A stretch of 64,000 bases of DNA from a virus. Taxonomy: Duplodnaviria; Caudoviricetes. Under the pieces are notes generated by a model. That model did no database searches and had not been told where the DNA came from. It saw only the letters and a list, made by a program, of their open reading frames with translations. Where the stretch lies: positions 136,727 through 200,726 of the IMG/VR virus record IMGVR_UViG_3300014208_000002; one strand, written 5' to 3'. Shown here piece by piece: positions 28,567 through 38,599 of this stretch. The translations under genes and the position numbers were made by a program. Position 1 is the first letter of the stretch, and every line of letters starts with the position of its first letter.

Positions 28567-30039
28567 ATGAGAAAGGATGCACTTAATGAAGCTGTAATCC
28601 GTGAGGATGCTTCTCAGAGAATGCAGGAAGTCAACCATATTGGTGACCGCCTTGTAGAAAAGTGGAGTCGCAAGAAGAATCTTGGCGAGGGCCTTGACAA
28701 GATGTATACCGAAGATCGCCGAAGGGCACGGAATACAGCTATCGTTCTTGAGAATCAGGAAAAGTATCTCAAGAGGCTGACTGAAGCTCAGATTTCTTCT
28801 GACTTTGCCACTACTCCCATCAATGTTCTTCGGGTAATCCGCCTTGGATACCCCAATTCAGTTCGTGGAGATATTTTCCATGAGTTCGCAATGACCACAG
28901 CCCGAGATAGCGTTTACTACCTCAAGCCTGTTTATGAGTCTTCTGCTCGTGGCGCAACTGCCGCTAATGTTACTTATGAGAATCCTTCTGATAGGTACTT
29001 CTCTGAGTATGAGAGGGAAGTTCCTACACAGACCCCCAACGGTGGAACTACTACTTTTACTGGTGCTACTGGTGGAAATCTCGGAAAGATTCCTCTTCGT
29101 CCCTTTACGGTTCGTATCATCGTTGATGGCGTAACTGTTGGTAATGATAATGGCGCTGGTGGATTTACGACAACTGCTCTGCTTACCCAGGCTTCTTGTA
29201 CGATTAACTATACCTCTGGTGCAATCTCCATCGTGTTCGCTTCCGCTCCTGCTACTGGAACGACAATTTACTTTGAGTATGCCTTTGACTCTGAAGTGTA
29301 CGGCGCTCTTAGCTCTGGACAGGGATATGACAATATCAAGTCCGTGAAGCTGACTCTTACCGACTACAACTTCCGTGCAAGGCCCTGGCCGCTCTATGTT
29401 TCCTGGAGCAAGATGACTGAGTTGCTTCTTGGAACGACTCTGGACATTGACGCTGAGGAAAGCTTACTTCGTGGCGCTGGTGATGAGTTAAAGAAATCAC
29501 TTGACTATCAGGCCGTAAGACTCGGTTATTCCTATGCTAAGGCACAGAATACCGTAACCTTCAACGCTGACTTCGCCGCCGCTGGTGCTGACTCTGCAAA
29601 GGATCATGCACAGTCCCTTACCCGGACCATCGCACAGGCTGAGAAGGTAATTTACAACGCTCTACAGAGGGGCGGAATTACTAACCTCGTTGCTGGTACT
29701 GATGTTGCTTCTTACCTTACTCTCCATGATCGGTTCACAGAGGAAGGTTCAATGCCCAAGATTGGTGTGTATCGCATTGGTACTCTGCTTGGTATCCCCG
29801 TATATCAGGCCCCGACCGATGTTATCCCTGCCAACGAAATGTTTGGTGTATGGCGCAATGAGCAGGAAATGAACGATGTGGCTATTGCCTTCGGCGTTCT
29901 CGTTCCTCTCTACCAGACTCAGACCCTTGAGTTCAAGGAAGCCTACAAGACCTCTGGTCTGTATTACTTCGGGGACCAAAAGGTACTTAACAGTCAATAC
30001 CTCGTCAACATCACAATTCAGGGTTTAACGGCTACCTGA
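28567..30039 (+). CDS. Major capsid protein (T4 gp23-like, HK97 fold)
   Basis: N-terminal delta-like segment ending LTE/AQ; RVIRLGYPN...FAMT...VYYL; KMTELL...DIDAEESLL; strong codon bias; terminator downstream. Confidence 0.88.
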   Translation: MRKDALNEAVIREDASQRMQEVNHIGDRLVEKWSRKKNLGEGLDKMYTEDRRRARNTAIVLENQEKYLKRLTEAQISSDFATTPINVLRVIRLGYPNSVRGDIFHEFAMTTARDSVYYLKPVYESSARGATAANVTYENPSDRYFSEYEREVPTQTPNGGTTTFTGATGGNLGKIPLRPFTVRIIVDGVTVGNDNGAGGFTTTALLTQASCTINYTSGAISIVFASAPATGTTIYFEYAFDSEVYGALSSGQGYDNIKSVKLTLTDYNFRARPWPLYVSWSKMTELLLGTTLDIDAEESLLRGAGDELKKSLDYQAVRLGYSYAKAQNTVTFNADFAAAGADSAKDHAQSLTRTIAQAEKVIYNALQRGGITNLVAGTDVASYLTLHDRFTEEGSMPKIGVYRIGTLLGIPVYQAPTDVIPANEMFGVWRNEQEMNDVAIAFGVLVPLYQTQTLEFKEAYKTSGLYYFGDQKVLNSQYLVNITIQGLTAT

Positions 30040-30065
30040 TAATTCATTACTGTAAAAAGACTTAT

Positions 30066-30096
30066 AAAAGCACTCCAGCAATGGGGTGCTTTTTTA
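30066..30096 (+). terminator. Rho-independent terminator after the capsid gene
   Basis: AAAAGCACTCCA-GCAA-TGGGGTGCTTTT with GNRA loop and T-tract. Confidence 0.88.
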
Positions 30097-30137
30097 TTGC
30101 TTGAAGGTATTTCAAAATTATATTATACTAATATCGT

Positions 30138-30788
30138 ATGAATATACATGAAATCCGTTATCAAAAATTTATTAAGTCTCGAAAAGATAGAACAATTCCA
30201 AAGGATTCTATTATTGAAAAACATCATATTATTCCAAAATCTTTAGGTGGGGATAATTCAAAAGAAAATCTAATTAAACTTACAGCGAAGGAACACTTCA
30301 TTGCTCATCTAATTCTTTGGAAAGCTTATGGAGGAAAAATGGCTCAAGCATTTTTTATGATGAATCAAAGAAATACTACAAGTGGAAAATATGAGGGTAA
30401 ACTAACTTCCAGACAGTACAGTCGTTTAAGAGAGGATCATTCTATATATCGTAAAAAATTTCAGCATAAAGAAGAGTCTAAAAAGAAAACAAGTGCTTCA
30501 ATGATAGGCGTTTCAAAGTCTCAATCTCATAGAGAAAATATAGCAAAAGCTAGAAAAGGTACTCATACTTCCGATGAAGTTAAAAAGATTCTTTCTGAAT
30601 CTCATAAAGGAAAAAAACTCTCTCCTGAATCCATTGCTAAACGAACAGAAACAAGACGAAAAAATGGAATTAAGAAACAATATAATAGAAAGCCTTATTC
30701 TCCCGAGGAAAAAGCTTTAATTGGGCAAAAAATATCTGAATCTAATAAAAAACGATGGGCTAAAATAAAACAAACCTCCAGTCAATAA
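30138..30788 (+). mobile_element. Free-standing HNH homing endonuclease with NUMOD3 repeats
   Basis: EKHHIIPKSLGGDNSKENLIKLTAKEHFIAH; close paralog of 18864. Confidence 0.88.
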
Positions 30789-30851
30789 ATCCTTTTTTAC
30801 TTACTAATATAATAGAAATAAGTCTTTTCTAATAAAAAGAGAGGAAAAGGT

Positions 30852-31586
30852 ATGTCTTTAACTATTGCAGACTCTATATATAATCGTATCATGGCTTCGG
30901 TTGGCTTTCCAATTGTGAATGAAGATGACCTTGGAGTAAATAAAGATTTCGTAAAAGAAACACTTATTCTTCCAGCTATGATGTATTACTATAAGTTTTT
31001 TCCTATTCGTAGCAAAGTAATTTACTCAGTGGATATGAGTTGGGAAGTACCCTTCCCGGATTCTAATACAATCGGGGTACTTTCCTGTCGAATGAATTCA
31101 AATGTTTTAGGTGGTGGTACTCATGTTCAAAATCCTTTAATAAATGAACAAAATATTACTATTGCCACTTCAGGCGGTTCACGGGGAATGTGGGGTACGC
31201 AAAATGATTATGGTATGACCGCCGCACGAACGATGCGTTCAAATGAAAGACAAGGCATTATTGAAAACGCACGGACATTTAGATACCAGACGAATGAAAA
31301 TACAAGAGTAGTAGAAGGATTTACAAATATATTTGGTCGTCTTGAAATAGAGTGGGCAAAGATGAGTGAAAACTTTGCGGATATATCATTTCGGCGTCAA
31401 GAAGAAGTAATCATGCTTGCGAAAGCTTATGTATGTGAATACTTCGGAGGATTACGAAAGCAAGCAACTTCAAGTCTACCAACTGAAATGACTGGTGATG
31501 ATCTAATCGAGCAAGCAGATAAATGGAGAGAGAAAGTAGAAACACTCTGGCAAGAATTTACAAAAGTTGCAATTCAGAGAGGCTAA
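30852..31586 (+). CDS. Probable neck/head-tail adaptor (T4 gp13-like)
   Basis: RIMASVGFPIVNED resembles the gp13 N-terminus; follows the capsid gene; late motif. Confidence 0.5.
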   Translation: MSLTIADSIYNRIMASVGFPIVNEDDLGVNKDFVKETLILPAMMYYYKFFPIRSKVIYSVDMSWEVPFPDSNTIGVLSCRMNSNVLGGGTHVQNPLINEQNITIATSGGSRGMWGTQNDYGMTAARTMRSNERQGIIENARTFRYQTNENTRVVEGFTNIFGRLEIEWAKMSENFADISFRRQEEVIMLAKAYVCEYFGGLRKQATSSLPTEMTGDDLIEQADKWREKVETLWQEFTKVAIQRG

Positions 31587-31589
31587 ATC

Positions 31590-32009
31590 ATGCGAATAAT
31601 TAAAGAAGATGCTATATCAAAACTCACAGATAAAAAAATAGTTGATGAGATTGTTTCCTTTATTAAATCTAACCCCTTTCCTCTTGACCATGAACAATTC
31701 CATAAACATTTTGAAGACTTGGGTTATGAAGAAACTGGAGATATAGAACAGTATGCGTATGCTATGCTTTCTGTAATATTAACGGGTGGCGCATCTAAAG
31801 GAAAGACTATAAAAGCGAGTAAGGAAAATATAGCAATTGGAAAGAAAATTGAAACTGAGCATGTTTCTACTGGAATAGATAACGAAGTAATCAAATATAT
31901 AGAAAGCATTTTTGGTGATAAAATTATGTTTGACCATCTATCTGAGACTGACTCCTATTATACTGATGGCGTTGATTTTAAAAAAGAATTAAAAGACGAG
32001 GATAAGTAA
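31590..32009 (+). CDS. DUF5661-like protein with MRIIKE tag
   Basis: GKKIETEH...IMFDHLSETDSYY. Confidence 0.6.
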   Translation: MRIIKEDAISKLTDKKIVDEIVSFIKSNPFPLDHEQFHKHFEDLGYEETGDIEQYAYAMLSVILTGGASKGKTIKASKENIAIGKKIETEHVSTGIDNEVIKYIESIFGDKIMFDHLSETDSYYTDGVDFKKELKDEDK

Positions 32010-32746
32010 TGCTTTTTATCCATGAAGACACAAACAAACAACGATTTAATATAGTAAAAGAATTTCATAAATACAATAAACTAATATTTAATAATGAACT
32101 TGTTCTTGATTTTCCTCTTAGGTGGGGAAGCTTAAAACGATCAATGGGTTTAGTAAAATTTATTTCAGACGGAAGAACAAAAAGCCCTTTGAATGTAGTA
32201 AGTCTTACTCTATCAAATGTTTATGATTTCACTCCAGAAAATTTTCGGGACACTCTTATTCACGAAATGATTCATGTTTATACAGTACAGCATCATGTTA
32301 TTGAAAAACCCCATGGAAGAGAATTTACATTCTGGATGAATAAAATAAATAGAATGGGAGATTATCATATTACTCAAACTGAAGAAGGAGAACTACAAGT
32401 AAACTCCGATAGAAATGTAAAACCTGTTTATGCTTTTGTACAAGAAAGATTAGATGGAAAAAAATCACATGCAATTATTAAATCTTATGTAAAAGGGGAA
32501 ATCATTCTAAACTTAGACTTAGCTCACTGGTCCAGTAGAAAAAATTGTTCTATTGCTATATATAAGGTTACTAATCCGAGAATGCTTATGTTTAAACAAG
32601 CTCGAAATCTTGATACATTAAAAGGACTTTTTAGTTTTAATTCCGCCTCTGAAGAAGAAAATTTTAATGAAATACTCAAAACCAGCCCAAAAATTGATTA
32701 TATTTTTGTAGACGAAAAAGGTCGTATCCAGAATTTATTAAAATAA
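32009..32746 (+). CDS. SprT-like zinc metalloprotease
   Basis: TLIHEMIHV...HGREF. Confidence 0.75.
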   Translation: MLFIHEDTNKQRFNIVKEFHKYNKLIFNNELVLDFPLRWGSLKRSMGLVKFISDGRTKSPLNVVSLTLSNVYDFTPENFRDTLIHEMIHVYTVQHHVIEKPHGREFTFWMNKINRMGDYHITQTEEGELQVNSDRNVKPVYAFVQERLDGKKSHAIIKSYVKGEIILNLDLAHWSSRKNCSIAIYKVTNPRMLMFKQARNLDTLKGLFSFNSASEEENFNEILKTSPKIDYIFVDEKGRIQNLLK

Positions 32747-32775
32747 TTACTAATAAGATATAAAAAGGATATTAT

Positions 32776-34641
32776 ATGAAACTTATCAAAGAATCTGGTG
32801 GTATAACTAAAGTAATTGCATTACATACGAAAAAAGGAATAGAAGAAATTGAGAACACAAGCTTTCTTAAAGATGTATACCCTAAAATAAAAGGTAAAGA
32901 CATAGATGTTTACTTATATCGTTATGATTCTGGTCCTCTTGGTATTGGGGTGATATTTACATCTAAAGCCTATATAGGAAATGCTAAAAATAACCTAACA
33001 GCAGATGACTATTATAGAGCTTATGATGAAATAATATAAATAATAAAAGTATAAGGAGTCAGTTATGTTTTATATGAAAGAGACAAGAAAGTTTGTTATT
33101 GATAATAAACAATTAGAGGATGCATTTCCTGAACTATATAAGGCTTATAGAAATACTTTTGGCAGTCAGCGTCCGAAGATTGATGTAGATACTACAGAAG
33201 ATTATTTATTTAGTGCAGAGATTCAAGATGGTCGGTCTGATTACTTTAAAGATGAGGTTTATTTTATTTTTAATAATGGACGGGTTATTGAGTTTGATTC
33301 TTCTGATGAATCTTCTGCTAACGAAGCTCTTGCCGCAAAGCTGAAGGGAAAATATCATCTAACACCTAATGACGCTGTACTTGAATGTCATACTGGATAT
33401 GCAAAGTATTGTACCCTCGTCGTTCATCCTTCTTTTATCAACCAGCAAATGCTCCCTAATAATTCCACTAATGACATTACACTCTCCGAACAGTATGCTC
33501 TAATTCTAATAGCATCTTATATTTCCGCCGCACGATTTAAGAATTTTGTACACCCCTATACTTATAGAGATGAAGTTTCTATGGATGGCTGGAAATGTAA
33601 TGAAAAAGAGCTAAAGAAAGATATCAAAGACCATACTCCTAATAACAACTATAAGGAAGCATGGGAAAATGTTTGTAAAGCTTTACAAGCTAAAGGATAT
33701 GTAAAGATTTCTTCAAATGGTTCAGTAGCAATAACGATGAACGGAAAAAATAGGGCAATTGCCTTAAAGGGGAGATAATGAAAAAGCCATGGTATGACCC
33801 TAAAGACCCAAAAACAATTTCTATTGAAAAAAGACTAGATTTGTTTTGTAAAGAATTAGAAAAACTTTCATTAAAATATGATATTACTGTATATAGCAAC
33901 GATGGTTTACGCTATTATGATGAAGGAGCATTAAACTCTGTAGATTATGTAGCAGATTTAGAAGATAGAACCTTAGAATTTCATGTAGGGATTACTCCCC
34001 ACAATGCGTAAGGGTTTATATAGGAGAAAAGTATGCGCTATTTAAAAGAAGAGTTTATGTATAATGATCTATCTCCTCAAGAGCAAAAAGAGCTTTATGA
34101 TGAGTTCAAAAAGTCCTATGAAGATGCAGTAGGAAAGTCTTGGGACGAACATACTTTTCTCTCTCGTTCACGAAATTGGACATTCTATGGCAAAGCTTCT
34201 GGCGGCGTTGCTGTTAGAAAGCAAAACTCCGGCTTGATTAAATTTGTTGCCGCATTTGGTAATCCTATGACAGTTGCTAAAGGACTTATGGAATTACTTT
34301 CTTCAGAAAAAGGAAAATCTATTTGGGGAGCAATGAGTCTCAAGTTATGTGAAATGCTTGAACGATTTTCTCATAAAGAGTTTAAGCGTCCACCTGTACT
34401 TGTAATAAAGATGCTTGCTAAATATGCTCAAAAAGCATTTGGTGATAACAAGATTCAAAAGGTAGACAAGGACGGTGGAATAATTATTGACATGGTTGGT
34501 GGTATTGGGCTGACAAAGAAATTTTTTATTGCAAATAAAGCATATTATAAATGGATTTTAGATACTGGAATGGATCGTTGGGATGCTCCCGCAATAGTGA
34601 AGATTCCTGTTAAAGCCGCATTAGGGTTATTGATAAAATAG
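32776..34641 (+). CDS. Four hypothetical genes (32776-33039, 33065-33778, 33778-34011, 34033-34641); three carry xxx(I/L/M)KE N-termini
   Basis: ORF track, RBSs, late motif at 32748. Confidence 0.65.
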
Positions 34642-34649
34642 AGGTTATA

Positions 34650-36047
34650 ATGATTCGACTTAAATCATTTCAAGAAGAAATTATTTCCTCAAGTCAGGCT
34701 GTATGTTATCATAGAACGCAAACAAAAAACTTAATTTCAATAATTAAGGATGTAGGCTTTGCCCCTGGTAAAGGTGGTGGAGCAATGTATGGCGCAGGAT
34801 TCTATTTTACTTATGACCTTGAATCTCAAATGAATCCTCACATGGAAGGTTTCGGCCCATATATAATTAAAGCAAAAGTACCCCTAAAAGGCTTTTTGAT
34901 TTTTGACAAAGAGGTGGCGGAAAAGGTTTATGGGAATTCTTGGGATATTCCAGACCAATTAAACCTTATCACGAAGCCCTATATAAAATTACTCGGAGGA
35001 GCTTCTACAATAAAAGCTAAGGAAATTTACCAAAAAAATTACGATATAGAATGGTTGGACGACTTTAATCTTCTTAAAAAAGCGATAGCCGCAATAAATA
35101 AATTCAAAGCCCCGGATGGAGAAGTTATATTTAGGACTACAGATGGAAAGCAATCTTATAAAGTTCCAATAAAAGCTATTATAAATGATTCTGATGATAT
35201 AGTATTAACTAATAATGATATAGTTGCTACTGGTATTAAAATTCCAATTGAAATAGTTAAACAAGTTTATTTACAAACCAATAAAATTAACTTTGGATTT
35301 GAAGACTATTCTATAAAAGATGCTCCTTATCCTTCTTCTAAACTTGCTATAGACTTTTATCAAACTTTTGCTCAGTTTCCTTGGTATAAAGATATAAAGG
35401 GTCTTATGTATGAAGGACAAAAAGACGGCAAGTGTGTAGTAGTTTACGATTATAAAAATGTAATTCCCTTATCTGTACAATATCCTCCTACAATTTCTTT
35501 TTGGCCTAAAGATGACTTTAGAGCTTTTGTAAAAAAGATAGAATCAATCTTTACTGAAAAAGAATTAGACTATGTATTCCCATTTAAGTCAGGAGAGTCT
35601 ATATCTAAAATAACTTCATTAGAGGATATTTTATTTGATCGTGGTTTTGCTTATCATGTTCCACACGAAAAAGATTTTGAATTATTCTTCCCCAAAGAAC
35701 GAGTAGAAGAATTAAGAAAAACTATGGATAAATATAATGTAACTGAAGCATCCTTTTTGGATATTATACAAGTATATGCAAGAATAGCTTATCTTCGCTC
35801 TATAAATAAATCCGAGGAAATGAAAGATGATTATACCGTAATAAATATTGATTATTTTGATGATGATAGAGAATTTGCGGTTAATGCTAAAGAATCAATA
35901 AAGTTTATGTATGAAACACAATATAAAATAAACGATTTCATGGGGAAAGACTATATGTTAGTAAAGAAAGAAGAGGGTGAGTGGAAAAAATTAGACCTTG
36001 ATACCCTAAAACATTTTATAAAACATGGTATTAAAAAGGGAGCATAA
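34650..36047 (+). CDS. ADP-ribosyltransferase-fold protein (PARP/HY-clade-like N-terminal domain)
   Basis: CYHRT...GF...MYGAGFYFT...FGPYIIKAKV. Confidence 0.6.
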   Translation: MIRLKSFQEEIISSSQAVCYHRTQTKNLISIIKDVGFAPGKGGGAMYGAGFYFTYDLESQMNPHMEGFGPYIIKAKVPLKGFLIFDKEVAEKVYGNSWDIPDQLNLITKPYIKLLGGASTIKAKEIYQKNYDIEWLDDFNLLKKAIAAINKFKAPDGEVIFRTTDGKQSYKVPIKAIINDSDDIVLTNNDIVATGIKIPIEIVKQVYLQTNKINFGFEDYSIKDAPYPSSKLAIDFYQTFAQFPWYKDIKGLMYEGQKDGKCVVVYDYKNVIPLSVQYPPTISFWPKDDFRAFVKKIESIFTEKELDYVFPFKSGESISKITSLEDILFDRGFAYHVPHEKDFELFFPKERVEELRKTMDKYNVTEASFLDIIQVYARIAYLRSINKSEEMKDDYTVINIDYFDDDREFAVNAKESIKFMYETQYKINDFMGKDYMLVKKEEGEWKKLDLDTLKHFIKHGIKKGA

Positions 36048-36944
36048 ATGATACGAATAAAAGAATCTTTAGCAGGGATAGTTTATCATACTACGGGAAT
36101 AAATCGAATTGAGGAAATTCTCAAAACCAATGCGTTTTATTTAACGACCAGTGTTGGTACAAGCTCTGATGGTTTAGCAAAAGGATACTTTTACTATCTC
36201 TCTGTTTCCCGTGTGAAGTATGGTGGTTATGCTCGAAGCCTTTCTGATAGACAAGCTACTATAGTCTTGGACGGCGATAAGTTTAACCAACGCTACAAAG
36301 GGGTTGATGTTGATTACTGGGGATCAAACTGGAGACTTCAAAACGAACCTAACACCTCCATAGAACAAAGATATAGTGCTGAAATGAGGAATAATGAAAA
36401 TGAGGAGCGGCTTATAACAAATGATTCTGAAATTCCTAACGCTGTTAAATATATCAAAGAAATTCATATCTGTATCGGAGACTTGAATGTAGGGCCAGAT
36501 GCTTTAATAAGTTTGATTGGAAAAGAGGATAAGTTAGTAGACAGTATATCTCGAATAGGAAGAATAAATAGGGCATACGGAATCCCCATATATTTTTATG
36601 ATAATTTTTCTGCATACAAAACTCAGTTTAAGAAAAAAGCATTTATGACTTCTTTACAAAGAAGTAAAAGTTACTATCTTGCAATTCTTGACTTATTGAA
36701 CGCCGGTTCCTTATCTGCGCTCCCAAATGATTATCCTTATGACCGCCTTAAAGATTATTTATCAAGAGGGGAAGGAAAATGGAAAGAATTGATAGTTTCT
36801 GTCGGAAATGATATTCATAATGATAGAACCGACCCTCTATATAGAAAATATATAGCACAGTTTACTAATGAAATGCGGAAGGCAAAATGTAAAGATTTAA
36901 CTGAGTTTATTTTCTATCTTGGGAAGAAATTCGAGGATACATAA
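36048..36944 (+). CDS. Putative ADP-ribosyltransferase-like protein
   Basis: VYHTT...ILK...YLSVSR...IVLDG...ENEER (H/S/ExE arrangement). Confidence 0.45.
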   Translation: MIRIKESLAGIVYHTTGINRIEEILKTNAFYLTTSVGTSSDGLAKGYFYYLSVSRVKYGGYARSLSDRQATIVLDGDKFNQRYKGVDVDYWGSNWRLQNEPNTSIEQRYSAEMRNNENEERLITNDSEIPNAVKYIKEIHICIGDLNVGPDALISLIGKEDKLVDSISRIGRINRAYGIPIYFYDNFSAYKTQFKKKAFMTSLQRSKSYYLAILDLLNAGSLSALPNDYPYDRLKDYLSRGEGKWKELIVSVGNDIHNDRTDPLYRKYIAQFTNEMRKAKCKDLTEFIFYLGKKFEDT

Positions 36945-36946
36945 GA

Positions 36947-37816
36947 ATGAAAATCATTGAAGTAAAAAAGCCAGTACGGATTGAAGGGTATATCCTCGAA
37001 GAGTCTGATCTTATTCAACTTCTTGAAGCAGATGAATTATATCTTGACATAGAGCTTTATGAAGAATACTGCCACTGGACAAAATCTACAGACTATGGAC
37101 GAAAAATATATGAAGGAAGGATGAGCGACCTGTTATTAAAAGTAACCGAGTTTGTAAAAATGCTGGCAAATAAATTGAATTGTAAAATAAGAGAGTTATT
37201 CAAGCTTCTAAAAGATAAGTTTGTATTTTCCTTTTTTCAAAACCTTGGGTGGAATTGGGATTCATTATTAAAATTAGTTTCTGTAGCATCCTCTATTTTT
37301 ACTACTATTATGAATCCTATTGGCGCAATTATCAATCTAATTTTTCCTGATTTAGTCGCAAAGACAACTACAAAATTAAATGACCTAAAACAAATAAAAA
37401 ATATGCGAGAGCGTATGAAGAAGTTTTCAGAGTGGGCTAAGAAAAATAAAAAGATACTTATGATTTCTGGCATTGCCTTTGCTGGATTATATTTGATAAT
37501 TTGGCTTACAATGAATAATACAGGCGATGTAACCTACGATTTTGATATTTCTGATTTACTTGCCGCTCTTACTGGTAAAATAACTTTCTTTGACTGGGTT
37601 ATGTCTGAGGATGGTTTTAGACAACTCATTCTCTTTGGGTTGGCTGTGGCTGGTATTGGTAATTCTGCTATTCTTGCTAACATAGCAACATCAGGAATAC
37701 AGCTAACTGTCTCTCTGATAAGACTACTATTAGATAAGGCAAGAATAAAACTTCAAAAAGGAAAAGACAAAAACCCCGATGAAGTTATTCACGATGAAGT
37801 AGCTGATTTAGTATAA
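36947..37816 (+). CDS. Membrane protein with N-terminal LEESD module
   Basis: Hydrophobic segments ILMISGIAFAGLYLIIWL and LILFGLAVAGIG... Confidence 0.65.
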   Translation: MKIIEVKKPVRIEGYILEESDLIQLLEADELYLDIELYEEYCHWTKSTDYGRKIYEGRMSDLLLKVTEFVKMLANKLNCKIRELFKLLKDKFVFSFFQNLGWNWDSLLKLVSVASSIFTTIMNPIGAIINLIFPDLVAKTTTKLNDLKQIKNMRERMKKFSEWAKKNKKILMISGIAFAGLYLIIWLTMNNTGDVTYDFDISDLLAALTGKITFFDWVMSEDGFRQLILFGLAVAGIGNSAILANIATSGIQLTVSLIRLLLDKARIKLQKGKDKNPDEVIHDEVADLV

Positions 37817-37826
37817 AGGAATATGT

Positions 37827-38546
37827 ATGGCAAATGTTATAGAAGGAACTTATACATTAAAAGAACTTCTTCAGATAACAAGATCAAAATTTCGGACACG
37901 ATTTAAGTACGAAAAAAGAGATGTATTACGAAGAGTTACTATTCAAAAGATTACTGAATTAAATCCTGACCGTCCGCTTGAACCTACTATAAAGTTTTTA
38001 ATTGATACCCGTTCTTACCCTCAGTATCCCCCTTATATAAAAGGTAAACGAGGAATAAAACAACGAAAAGTATTCCATGATTATGATACTATTCTTGAAA
38101 TGGACGAAATGAGTTTGGATAGTAAAAATTGGAAATGCCGAGTAGGAACAGGAAAGAAAATTAAAAAAGCTCCCCCTACAAGAGTAAAATCTATCTCCCG
38201 AGAAACAAGAAAAAAATGGGAAACTGCTAGAGATAGGGAACTTTCTAAAACTAAAGATAAAGATAAAATAGCACAAATAAAAAAAGCGTATAGTGATAAA
38301 GTAAAGGCTCATGTTAAATCTGCTAAATTTATGAATGATGGAGATTGGGTTGCCCAAACTTTAGGAGTAAACCTTGATTTTGCTTATAGAGATGCTTTTG
38401 CCTTCAAGATTCATGGTCATCTTTTTGGGAAGTGGGAGTTTCCTTTAACAAGACCTTCTAAATTAAATATGACAGCAACACCTTTCTTACCCAAGCACTT
38501 AATACGCATATTGGAATTCCTTATGGCAAAAGGAGTTATGAAATAA
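37827..38546 (+). CDS. Basic hypothetical protein
   Basis: Long ORF in the late block; C-terminal DFAY...PKHL. Confidence 0.65.
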   Translation: MANVIEGTYTLKELLQITRSKFRTRFKYEKRDVLRRVTIQKITELNPDRPLEPTIKFLIDTRSYPQYPPYIKGKRGIKQRKVFHDYDTILEMDEMSLDSKNWKCRVGTGKKIKKAPPTRVKSISRETRKKWETARDRELSKTKDKDKIAQIKKAYSDKVKAHVKSAKFMNDGDWVAQTLGVNLDFAYRDAFAFKIHGHLFGKWEFPLTRPSKLNMTATPFLPKHLIRILEFLMAKGVMK

Positions 38547-38555
38547 TTTTTCAAG

Positions 38556-38584
38556 TTGATACTTTGTATTTTACTGTTTATATT
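38556..38584 (+). promoter_or_regulatory. Sigma70-like promoter
   Basis: TTGATA-17 bp-TATATT. Confidence 0.55.
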
Positions 38585-38599
38585 ATATAGGAGAACAGA

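Noticed and set aside
18864-30788. Group I introns around the HNH genes at 18864 and 30138
   Set aside because: Flanking genes (portal, capsid, neck) are uninterrupted with their own starts and stops, and each HNH has its own promoter motif, so they are free-standing
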